Shown here one piece after another: positions 9,209-17,791 of a stretch of DNA of 35,987 nucleotides; positions within the stretch are counted from its first letter, which is position 1; every line of letters begins with the position of its first letter. The stretch is from Candidatus Thorarchaeota archaeon. GTDB lineage: Archaea > Asgardarchaeota > Thorarchaeia > Thorarchaeales > Thorarchaeaceae. Where the stretch lies: NCBI GenBank assembly GCA_003345545.1, contig PRDH01000058.1:1-35987 (forward strand), given 5' to 3'. Under the pieces are notes generated by a model. That model was not told the origin of the DNA. It worked only from the letters and a program-made list of their open reading frames with translations, and did no database searches. Position numbers and translations under genes: made by a program.

Positions 9209-11569
9209 ATGCCGAAACGCTTGATACTTGGGACAAGACCTGAATCCGATCCTCTGAAGGAGTTTTCTGACTCTGACTACTCCTCTTCCTCTTCTACCGA
9301 GATACGATGGGACGAGAGGACTCAGAGTCGCTCTCTTGCTCTACCTGCTTTCATCTCTCTCATCTGTATAGCCGTGGGGTTGTATGACCCGCTCATCCCG
9401 CTCATTGCCGGAATTGCAGTTGTTGCGCTGGTCCTATTGATGCCCTCCGTCCGAACGAACTTGGACAAGATTGTCTTGCCAGAAGGCTTTTGGATTGAGG
9501 TGAAGCAAGCGGACATGCTTTGCTCTGTCGCTGATGACCTCATGGGCCTGAGCTGCCGGACACCCAAAGGTGTCCATCATCTAGTCGGAATACAGCTCGG
9601 AGCTGCTGACTCCATTCTGCTTGGTGATGTGAGTTCGTTTGTGCGAGCGGTTGATGGCCCGTTTGGTTTTTGCCTGACCGTGATGATGCGACCCGAGAGA
9701 GTCCAACGTGCGCTGGATGAGGAACGCATTGCTGATGCAGTTGAAGACTATCTCAATGCGATACCCAAAGGGGAGGTTGAAGCCTATGTTCTTCGGCGAG
9801 GGGGCCTGTGGATTTCTCAGGTGACGGCTGTGGGCCAATTCAAAAACCCCACTGATGGCGATACCTTCGAGTGCGCCGTAAAGGCATCGATTCCCATGAC
9901 CAAATGGAAGCGCATCCCGTCTAAAGCTCTGCAAAAAGGTACCGAACAGCTTGCCGCTAACGACCAATCCAAATCGTTCTATGCAGTTGGTTCAGAACTC
10001 TCTGAATGGCTAGTGCAGCTTCGGTCAGAGCTGGCTTCCGAGGTCGGAAGAAGTATTCCCGGTCAGTTTCTTGCCCCGATCAGAGGGAGATCCGATGACT
10101 ATCGCTTAGGCGTGACCATCAATCCGGATACCTTACAGTCAGGACCGCCAGTAGGCCTCTCTCACCCTGAACTGGAGGATGGCTTGCTGATATGCGGAGG
10201 AGCTGCCGAATCAAGAATGAGAATCATTGCGCTACTGACATCCGAGCTCCTGCGTGGTGGCAAGCGCATTATCATCTTTACAAACAACAGAGCATCTATT
10301 GGTTATGCTCGGCTCTCGGAAGGAGCTGTGCATCTTGAACTCGGAAGGGACTTCGTGCTCAATCCAGTCGACTCTGAGGGTGTCCCAAGAAGCGACTATG
10401 TACCACTTCTCATCTCTTCCCTTGAAGTCGTGGCAGCCACGGACCTGAGGGGTGCCGCTGAGCTTGAGCTGGCAATATCGCGTGCCGTCACTCTTGGAAA
10501 TGCAACACTGGCTGATGTTCAACTCAACAATGGCTTTGAAGAGGCTATTTCAGCTTCTCCTGATACCTCGAAACCACTCGAATCAACGCCTTCGAACAAG
10601 TCGAAGACTGGAATGGAGGCAGTTCGTTCATTGCATCAAGGCTCTGCCGCCAAGGCATTCTATGGCACTCAGACAGTTCCCACTTCTAGACTCACAGAAT
10701 CTACGCTGACTGTTGTGAGAGTTCTTCTGGGCTCTGCATCTCTCGAGCACTTTGCTTGGAATGTGATTTCAATCAAGCTGGCTGGCCTGCGCCCGGACCC
10801 CAATCTAGTGGTGATTCTTGATGGACCGGAGAACATGCGAGTGAGGAATCGAACCTTCATGAAGCACGACTCGCTTAGTGAGCGTCTTCTTGAAAACATG
10901 AAGAAGAGAGGTCCAGTCGTAGTAGCATTGGAGCATCCTGCAGACATGGCTGCAGGAGCTATCGGTGTTTTGGCTTCGTGCGTGTCACTAAGGCTGCGCG
11001 AGGCAGCAGACATCAGTATGGCTTCCGACATATTGGGCCTGAATGTGATTACGACTCCCTTGCATACTAAAGCCCGTATCTCTCCGAGAGAATCGTCATA
11101 TCTTCGAGTAATGGAAGATGACACTGCGCTCCTTGTGCATGATGGGACTGAGAGTTGTCAACCTATTAGACTCGACCCAGCTCCAGAACTGACACCGGAG
11201 AGTGATACAGAGCAGGACTCCGAACGGATTGGCACCCTGCTATCATCTGAGGACACGAGCACAGCACCGAATCAAGGGCCTTTGCTTGATAGAGTTTCTG
11301 CGGGCAGTACTATTCTTGCTATCAGGGTCCTGAAGTTACTTGAGAGATACGAACCGTTGACTCAGGAGGCTGTACGTCGATTCATAGTGGCTAGTGGTTC
11401 AGAGAATGATCCTGACGTAGAGGCTGTCCTTGCGAGGCTTGAGCACGCCAGCATGATTCTCCGCGGTCATGAGGTCCACAGTGGGGTATCGTATACAAAC
11501 TACAGAATCACGATGAAAGGAAGCATGGCACTTCGTCAGACTGAGGGTATGGAGGGCGCAATTGTATGA
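9209..11569 (+). CDS. Membrane-anchored HerA/VirB4/FtsK-fold protein with degenerate Walker motifs (putative pseudo-ATPase) and C-terminal wHTH
   Basis: 2 N-terminal TMs. HerA-like order: YRLG..PVGL, GLLICGGAAESR (eroded Walker A), RIIIF, LGRDFVLNPVD, VVILDGPEN (eroded DEAH), MKKRGPVVVALEHPADM (cf. GRKYG..ASQRP), LRL...D....LG, DTALL. C-terminal LARLEHASMI...YRITMKG wHTH. Confidence 0.7.
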   Translation: MPKRLILGTRPESDPLKEFSDSDYSSSSSTEIRWDERTQSRSLALPAFISLICIAVGLYDPLIPLIAGIAVVALVLLMPSVRTNLDKIVLPEGFWIEVKQADMLCSVADDLMGLSCRTPKGVHHLVGIQLGAADSILLGDVSSFVRAVDGPFGFCLTVMMRPERVQRALDEERIADAVEDYLNAIPKGEVEAYVLRRGGLWISQVTAVGQFKNPTDGDTFECAVKASIPMTKWKRIPSKALQKGTEQLAANDQSKSFYAVGSELSEWLVQLRSELASEVGRSIPGQFLAPIRGRSDDYRLGVTINPDTLQSGPPVGLSHPELEDGLLICGGAAESRMRIIALLTSELLRGGKRIIIFTNNRASIGYARLSEGAVHLELGRDFVLNPVDSEGVPRSDYVPLLISSLEVVAATDLRGAAELELAISRAVTLGNATLADVQLNNGFEEAISASPDTSKPLESTPSNKSKTGMEAVRSLHQGSAAKAFYGTQTVPTSRLTESTLTVVRVLLGSASLEHFAWNVISIKLAGLRPDPNLVVILDGPENMRVRNRTFMKHDSLSERLLENMKKRGPVVVALEHPADMAAGAIGVLASCVSLRLREAADISMASDILGLNVITTPLHTKARISPRESSYLRVMEDDTALLVHDGTESCQPIRLDPAPELTPESDTEQDSERIGTLLSSEDTSTAPNQGPLLDRVSAGSTILAIRVLKLLERYEPLTQEAVRRFIVASGSENDPDVEAVLARLEHASMILRGHEVHSGVSYTNYRITMKGSMALRQTEGMEGAIV

Positions 11570-13758
11570 ATGTGATTTCGGATGTGACCTCACAAGTCAC
11601 AAAACTACTCAGTCAGGCTGGGATGAAACCCCGGGGTATTCAGACCGAGGCAATCAACAGAGGTCTCTTGGAGGGAGAGAGCATCATGGTCTCCTCTCCA
11701 ACAGGCTCTGGCAAGACATTATGCGGTGAGATTGCACTTCTGAGAGCAGCTGCCTCCGGAAAGAAAGGACTGTTTCTCGTGCCATTACGAGCTCTTGCAG
11801 TTCAGGTATTCAGAACGATGAGAGAAAGATACGAGCACTTGGGCATCTCCATCGGACTGAGCACAGGTGATTTTCAAGACAATGGAGATGGGCTCGCTGC
11901 GAATGATATCATCGTCACGACGTACGAACGTGCAGATTCACTCTTGCGAAGCAGAAGTAGTTGTCTCTCGGAGGTTGGCACGATTGTCATCGATGAAATT
12001 CAAACGCTCTCTGAAACTGGCCGAGGAGCTCGTCTTGAGAGCTTCATTATTCGGGCAAAGCGAAGCATTCAAGACCTTCAGATTGTGGCACTATCCGCCA
12101 CAACAGGTGCTCCCGAGGAACTTGCTGAGTGGCTGGGATGTCGTCTTGTAATCTCAGACGAACGCCCTGTTCCTCTTGTGTATCGAGTAATCACAGCTAG
12201 TGACAAGGTTCTCACGATCAGGCACTTGGTGATGACCACCGTTCAAGCGAATGGACAGGCAATCATCTTTCACAGGACTCGTCGGGAAGCTGAAGCGGAG
12301 GCTAGACGACTCGCCGATGATGTGGGGCGCCAGTTCACTTCTGATGAGAAGACGCGCCTTGATCACGAGTTGAACTCAGTTGAGAATTGGTATGTGCCCC
12401 TCTCGTCAGATCTTAAGACCCTTCTACACAATGGCGTCGCATTTCATCATGCAGGTCTCGGCTTCAATGGTCGGCGAATTGTTGAGCGATTGTTCGATGA
12501 AGGATTGGTCCGCGTCATTTGTGCCACGACAACATTGTCAGCCGGAATGGACCTGCCAGCAAGAACCGTGATACTCTCCAACTTCAAGTCTCCTGCTGAC
12601 CATAGAAGATTCCTGTCAGCAAATACGGTCCATCAGATGCTGGGGAGGGCAGGTCGTCCTACTCATGACAAGATAGGATTCGGAATCATCATTGGAAGCA
12701 GCACCGGTGAGAGTGAGGAGGCAAAACGCCGGTACTTCGAAGTCACTGAAGATGCGACTTCAGGAAAGGAAGTTCTATCTCCCAGATATGATCGTATCAA
12801 CAGCGCACTTGCCCACCCAGACACTCTTGCTGAACAGCTTCTTGTTGCTCTCGATATGATTTCCCCAGCATCGATTGAAGATGTCGAGAATGGCTTGCTT
12901 GGTGAATCCTTTTTGGTCTTCTGTGCAATTCGAGACTCAAAGGCTCCCATGAGGGTTCTGCAGTTGGGTGAAATCTCGGCGGCTTCGGTCTTGGAGCAGC
13001 ATGCCCTCCTTGAAACCATTCAGACTGCCCGCAAGGACTTACTTGGCAAGACGTCACTTCGTGAGAAGAACGAGACAGTAATTGGCGGGATTGTTACGAT
13101 GCTTGATGGGGGGCAATTCACCTGTCGCTTCTCGGTACGTCTTTCATCATCGGGCGTTGTTGAAGGTCCAATGTGCTCGTGTGGCTCACCCTTGTCAGAG
13201 AGCGGCATTCTGTGCTATCATCTAGTGACCCTAGGAATGGCTGCTGCCAGAGACCTGGGCAATCTGGCTGATTACGTCATTCCTCTCTCACTCTCTGAAT
13301 CGAGCCCTCTGGGTCTGCTGATACGCCTTGGGCTCGTCGAGGGTGATATCAATGGCAAGATTAGACCTACACGTCTTGGTCGGGCCGTGAGCAGGCTCTA
13401 TCTACGGATCCCCACAGTTCGAGAAACCCTTGCAATGCTCCCTTCGACTGATGACGTTGAGTCGCTCTTATGGCTCTTGAGGCACGTTGTTTCAATTGAA
13501 ACAGGGATGTCACTCGGTGACGGATTTGATAATTTGATCAGCTATCTTGTGACGACCGAAACCTCGATAGAAGACTTGGCGCACCAGTTTGAGCTAGGCA
13601 TCGGCGATGTTTATGGCTTGCTGGACACTTCTAGGTGGCTTCTCCACGCCATTTCTGCCTTAGCAGATTTGGGAGGTCTTGAGAAAGCAACTGAGATAGC
13701 CAAGGGCCTTTGTGAGGCGTTAGATCGACGACTGACAAACAATGTAGAGGAGGACTAA
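11566..13758 (+). CDS. hel308: Hel308/Hjm (Ski2-like) DNA helicase with inserted SWIM Zn finger, lacking C-terminal HhH domain
   Basis: PRGIQ, SPTGSGKT, VPLRALA, TTYE, DEIQ, LSAT, RPVPL, GVAFHHAGL, ATTTLSAGMDLPA, QMLGRAGRP, PTRLGRAVSRLYL, GDVYGLLDTSRWLL ratchet helix. CSC-x10-CYH at 13174-13221. ATGA overlap. Confidence 0.85.
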   Translation: MNVISDVTSQVTKLLSQAGMKPRGIQTEAINRGLLEGESIMVSSPTGSGKTLCGEIALLRAAASGKKGLFLVPLRALAVQVFRTMRERYEHLGISIGLSTGDFQDNGDGLAANDIIVTTYERADSLLRSRSSCLSEVGTIVIDEIQTLSETGRGARLESFIIRAKRSIQDLQIVALSATTGAPEELAEWLGCRLVISDERPVPLVYRVITASDKVLTIRHLVMTTVQANGQAIIFHRTRREAEAEARRLADDVGRQFTSDEKTRLDHELNSVENWYVPLSSDLKTLLHNGVAFHHAGLGFNGRRIVERLFDEGLVRVICATTTLSAGMDLPARTVILSNFKSPADHRRFLSANTVHQMLGRAGRPTHDKIGFGIIIGSSTGESEEAKRRYFEVTEDATSGKEVLSPRYDRINSALAHPDTLAEQLLVALDMISPASIEDVENGLLGESFLVFCAIRDSKAPMRVLQLGEISAASVLEQHALLETIQTARKDLLGKTSLREKNETVIGGIVTMLDGGQFTCRFSVRLSSSGVVEGPMCSCGSPLSESGILCYHLVTLGMAAARDLGNLADYVIPLSLSESSPLGLLIRLGLVEGDINGKIRPTRLGRAVSRLYLRIPTVRETLAMLPSTDDVESLLWLLRHVVSIETGMSLGDGFDNLISYLVTTETSIEDLAHQFELGIGDVYGLLDTSRWLLHAISALADLGGLEKATEIAKGLCEALDRRLTNNVEED

Positions 13759-13763
13759 CAGTA

Positions 13764-15452
13764 TTGGAAACTCGTTTGATTAGAACGAATGAGGTTGATG
13801 AAGAAACAACGGAAAAAGGAACGACCCAGAGTTCCAATAATACTGGCGTTTTGGAAACTCTGAAACTCACCGGTCATATCACCACGGACTATCCAAATGG
13901 ATTGACAGTAGGGGTCAAACTGGGGTCTGTTCCGGGAACTCGAGGCGTGCACGTCGACGTCGTATATGCCTTGGACTTGCGAAGAGCTACATTTGGAAAG
14001 GGTGGGCTTGCCATCCGAGCTGCAGTCCTGGAAACCATAAGTCGAGACCTCGACAAGGTTCTGAATGATGTTGGACTGGGTGAACTCTTTCATGAACATG
14101 CAGTTTTGACTCCGTGGGGTCACCTACGACTGCCGTTGTTGCAGGGCGCGTCACATGGGTCTCTGTCTCTGATGCATGAAACTCGGACCGTGTATGTCAT
14201 CGTTGAGAATGCAAAGCCTACGTTCGACCTCTCCTGGCTTACAGATACCGGCAGAATAGTCACTGCTGACCAGTTCGCTCTCATTAGTCAGAGTGATTCC
14301 CGTTTGAAGCTCTCAGATTTGAAGAAGAGCGTTGGGAGTGAAAAGTGGCAGCTTCTTGAAATGGGTTTGGCAAAGGGCTGGTTTGGTATCCTTGCTCTGA
14401 TCTCTCTCATGATAGGTCTATCGACATCATTCGCTGTGCTCCTTGCAGGTTCAGGTTCGTTCATCATGCCTGCACTAGTAAGCCTGGCGTCTGGTATAGT
14501 GAGCGGCTGGCTGCTACACTCCTCGAGAGCCTGCATTTCGGCATTTCAGGAAAGACTGATCAGAGAACAGGAGCAACTTCGCGAATTAGGCGACTCCGCT
14601 CGAATAAGGTGCTCTATTATGGAAAACAAGGATAGGCTTCAACTCATTGCCGACCTCAACTTCATTGTTTCGCCTCTTGTGGCCGCTGTGGGTACGGCCA
14701 TTGCCAAAGGGGACGTTGATGCAGCAGTCAGTGTTGCTTGTTCTATTCTTGATGAATGTGTCAGATTGGCTCCCCACCCCTCTGACGCATCTCCTGTGAT
14801 TCGCGGAGACGATGGCCTGCGCCATTTCATAGGGCTATTCGAGCATCTAGGCGGAAACATAGAGGAGGTGAGTCTTGCGCTCGCATATGTCGGCCTCACA
14901 GGACACCTGACTAAACGAATAACATTCGGCGAAGCAGCTGCACATTTGACAGAGTTGAACAACGCCCTCTATGACATTGGGGCACTCAGACCCAGTATCA
15001 AAGAAGCCTTGGATGACCGTCTCAACATGGTAGCACTCAAAGAAACTGTGGATGAGATAGACAAAGAGACTGGGAGTGCCGAGAAGCCTACCCTTGCGTC
15101 AAGGGCAAAGATTGATGAAAAGGGCGTGCGCGACGAGCCGCGACCGGAAGAAGCAGCACCTCTCGAGCACTCCGATAGCCTCACTGAGGATGACGAACTT
15201 CATGATCAGATTCGACAAGCCTCTGTTGAGGTATCTCCAGAAAGTGAACCAGATGCTCCGGTCGATTCTGGTACAAAGATATCTGACCCGACCGAGGAAG
15301 TGACCATTGTCGCTACTGACATTATTACTGGGAGAATGAAGAAACGGAAGAGTAAACCTGCTGAACCAGGGCAGCTTCTTCTAATTGAGGACTTTGAGTA
15401 TACAGAATCAGGCAGTGAAGCTAGCGAGGAGCGTGAATCTGCTGGTGTCTAA
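13764..15452 (+). CDS. Membrane protein (2 central TM helices, helical region, acidic disordered C-terminus)
   Basis: TTG start after GAGGAGG. TMs WFGILALISLMIGLSTSFAVLLAG and FIMPALVSLASGIVSGWLL. E/D/P-rich last ~130 aa. Confidence 0.75.
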   Translation: METRLIRTNEVDEETTEKGTTQSSNNTGVLETLKLTGHITTDYPNGLTVGVKLGSVPGTRGVHVDVVYALDLRRATFGKGGLAIRAAVLETISRDLDKVLNDVGLGELFHEHAVLTPWGHLRLPLLQGASHGSLSLMHETRTVYVIVENAKPTFDLSWLTDTGRIVTADQFALISQSDSRLKLSDLKKSVGSEKWQLLEMGLAKGWFGILALISLMIGLSTSFAVLLAGSGSFIMPALVSLASGIVSGWLLHSSRACISAFQERLIREQEQLRELGDSARIRCSIMENKDRLQLIADLNFIVSPLVAAVGTAIAKGDVDAAVSVACSILDECVRLAPHPSDASPVIRGDDGLRHFIGLFEHLGGNIEEVSLALAYVGLTGHLTKRITFGEAAAHLTELNNALYDIGALRPSIKEALDDRLNMVALKETVDEIDKETGSAEKPTLASRAKIDEKGVRDEPRPEEAAPLEHSDSLTEDDELHDQIRQASVEVSPESEPDAPVDSGTKISDPTEEVTIVATDIITGRMKKRKSKPAEPGQLLLIEDFEYTESGSEASEERESAGV

Positions 15453-16128
15453 TGGACCGCTGATGTACGCGCTCGGTCTTGGAGGCTTGATTCACCTGTG
15501 GGGAGATGCAGGATCGGGCAAGACACTTTTCGCTGTTGCGCTTGCCTGCGATGTTTCCAAGAATCATCGGGTTGAATGGATCAATACTGATGCGAAGAAG
15601 AGTTTCGTGTCTCATCTCAAGAAGAATGCAGTCGCTTCAGGCGGCAAAATGGAGAACATCACAGTCACATTCACTGAGGATCAGGCAGAGCTATGTACGC
15701 TTATTGAAGGACTACCTAGCGCGATTGCTGGTGTTTCTCTAGTTATCATTGACCCAATCACACGAGTCCTTGACCTGGCTCGCGATAATCCAATCCTATG
15801 GGGTCGTGAGATTATCGAGGACGTATTACCGACGCTGACAGGTATTGTGAGTCAAAACAACATCGATTTCATCATCACTAGCGAGAGCCGCATGATGCCG
15901 GACTCAACTAATCGCGCAGTCCATCACAACTCGATATCAAGGTGGGCCGACCATGATCTCTGCATTACTCGCAACACGGGCAGTCCTCATTCGCAGGTAT
16001 CAAGATTCTCCGAGAACGGAATGAAAGAACTTGCTTCGATGCGGATGGATAGTCGAGGGGTGATTGAAGTCATACCACAAATGGTTCTGCCGACTGCATC
16101 AGGAGGGGTGAATGAACTTGTTTGGTAA
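15433..16128 (+). CDS. Short RecA/Rad51-fold paralog (RadB-like) with intact Walker A
   Basis: IHLWGDAGSGKT, VEWINTD, Walker B LVIIDPIT, FIITSE. No N-terminal HhH and no RadB KHR motif. Start is uncertain (GTG 15433 or 15445). Confidence 0.8.
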   Translation: MNLLVSNGPLMYALGLGGLIHLWGDAGSGKTLFAVALACDVSKNHRVEWINTDAKKSFVSHLKKNAVASGGKMENITVTFTEDQAELCTLIEGLPSAIAGVSLVIIDPITRVLDLARDNPILWGREIIEDVLPTLTGIVSQNNIDFIITSESRMMPDSTNRAVHHNSISRWADHDLCITRNTGSPHSQVSRFSENGMKELASMRMDSRGVIEVIPQMVLPTASGGVNELVW

Positions 16129-17086
16129 TGTTCTGACGAAGATGATCGTGCTTGTCGTGGGCGGAGCGATCGTTATCGCTGCCGGCGCAGAATTGCTGGC
16201 GTCGGTGGCTTCTGTAGTACTAGCATTTCGACTTGGCGACTTCGTACCACTTCTTGCTATAGCTGTGTTGACAATAGTCATTCAGACACTCACCAATCAT
16301 GTTGCCTATGAGTCTCGCGGGTTCATTCTCATGACAGCGCTAGCTTATGCTATCACTGGTTATCTTGCTTTCACTGTCTTCCTGATAGCTCTTCCCTACG
16401 GTCTGATTGTATCGTTTCTGGCAAGTGGAGCGGTGTGCGTGATATCATCGATATCTCGTAAGCAGAAGCTAGGCATATACTGGAAGCAAGTCATGCAGTC
16501 ACTCAGTCACTCGCAGAACGGCCACCATGGGCTGCCCAATAGGCAAGTCCCTTTGGGCGATGGGACTTCCTTCAAGATGAATTCGTTCAATACTGTGGTG
16601 ATTCTGGAGGAAGGCAGCAGAGAAAGGATTGTTCAGTTGCTACGAGAACGCCCGCTCTTGCCAGTTTCATTCACACATTACGAAGACTGTGATGTCATAT
16701 TCATCGCTGATGAAAATGATCCTATGCGATGTGAACAAGTCATGAAACTCCTGAAGGACTCCAGCATCGGAGTAAAGGGTCCTGCGTCACCATTGCTTGC
16801 TGAGGCTGTGCAGATGGTCCCCATACTTGATTCTCGGAATGGTCTGAAGTTCGAGGACTACCGGCTTACACGTGACGAGAAGACAATCAGCAGTCTCCTT
16901 GTTCAGGCGCCATCGCGTATGACGGTCTTTCCTTCACCCCTCGGGCTTGGCATACTGATTCCCGCCCCGGAGGTGTCAGGAATGAACGTCGAACGCCTCA
17001 AGCGAGGATGTGAAGCTGATATCCTACTAAATCGAGAGTACTCACATCTTGAGGAGGTCGAAAAGTCAATTGAGAGCACCACTTGA
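16112..17086 (+). CDS. Polytopic membrane protein (~4 N-terminal TM helices + cytoplasmic domain)
   Basis: First ~115 aa form about four hydrophobic stretches followed by the basic RKQK. SD GGAGGGGTGA; 17-nt overlap with previous gene. Confidence 0.75.
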   Translation: MNLFGNVLTKMIVLVVGGAIVIAAGAELLASVASVVLAFRLGDFVPLLAIAVLTIVIQTLTNHVAYESRGFILMTALAYAITGYLAFTVFLIALPYGLIVSFLASGAVCVISSISRKQKLGIYWKQVMQSLSHSQNGHHGLPNRQVPLGDGTSFKMNSFNTVVILEEGSRERIVQLLRERPLLPVSFTHYEDCDVIFIADENDPMRCEQVMKLLKDSSIGVKGPASPLLAEAVQMVPILDSRNGLKFEDYRLTRDEKTISSLLVQAPSRMTVFPSPLGLGILIPAPEVSGMNVERLKRGCEADILLNREYSHLEEVEKSIESTT

Positions 17087-17786
17087 GTCACTTGCGACAG
17101 CAACCGAATCGCTGTTCCGACTACATCCCAGAATATTGAATGATACCATAGGGAAGTTGTTTCTTCCTCAGCAGGTTAGTCTCTTTCACGGACGAGAACG
17201 TGCGCCGCTCAGCATACTCGCTCACACAATAGCGGTTTCTGCTGCCAGAATTGAAAACGCAAGTTGTGCATTCTTGGACTCAGGAACGAACTATTGCCCA
17301 GCGCTCATTCGAGCACTCTGCGATTCAAAGAAAGAGTCAGCAGAACTACTGAAGAGAATCGTTGTGGGGCAGGTCTTCGGATTGGATGACGTTGTTGAGA
17401 AGGTTCAACTACTCTATGATATGGGCAACATTTCCTTAATCGTTCTTGATAGTATCACTGGCGCCCTGAACCTATCAGGAGCTCCCGGCAGCATCGGCCG
17501 TCAGAGAACACTCTTTGGCACCCTGGATGCCATTCGACACGCAAACAATTACCTGAATTCTCATGTCATGATTACTGACCATTCATCGCAAGACTGGACA
17601 TCTGGGGAGCCAACTCCCATTGGCGGGAATATTCTCTCGCATGCAGTCGACAGCGTGGTGCTTGTCGATAGATTGCGTCAAGGCGAAGAGCTCGTTCGTA
17701 TACTGATTGAACGAAGCTCATCTCCGACAGCAGCTCTTGGCGTTATAGTCAAAGCTGGACCGAAGGGAATCAGAAGCATCAGGTGA
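17070..17786 (+). CDS. Rad51-paralog-like protein with inactivated Walker A
   Basis: VSLFHGRERAPLS (no GKT), FLDSGTNY, LKRIVVGQVF, Walker B LIVLDSIT, RQRTL, VMITDH, PIGGNILSHA (close to RAD51 PIGGNIIAHA). TTG start after GAGGAGGT. Confidence 0.8.
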   Translation: MRAPLESLATATESLFRLHPRILNDTIGKLFLPQQVSLFHGRERAPLSILAHTIAVSAARIENASCAFLDSGTNYCPALIRALCDSKKESAELLKRIVVGQVFGLDDVVEKVQLLYDMGNISLIVLDSITGALNLSGAPGSIGRQRTLFGTLDAIRHANNYLNSHVMITDHSSQDWTSGEPTPIGGNILSHAVDSVVLVDRLRQGEELVRILIERSSSPTAALGVIVKAGPKGIRSIR

Positions 17787-17791
17787 GTTCC

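Noticed and set aside
9209-11569. Canonical HerA-NurA-Mre11-Rad50 resection locus, or a pseudogene
   Set aside because: No NurA, Mre11 or Rad50 recognised; the protein has TM helices; the ORF is intact and coupled, so it is not a pseudogene.
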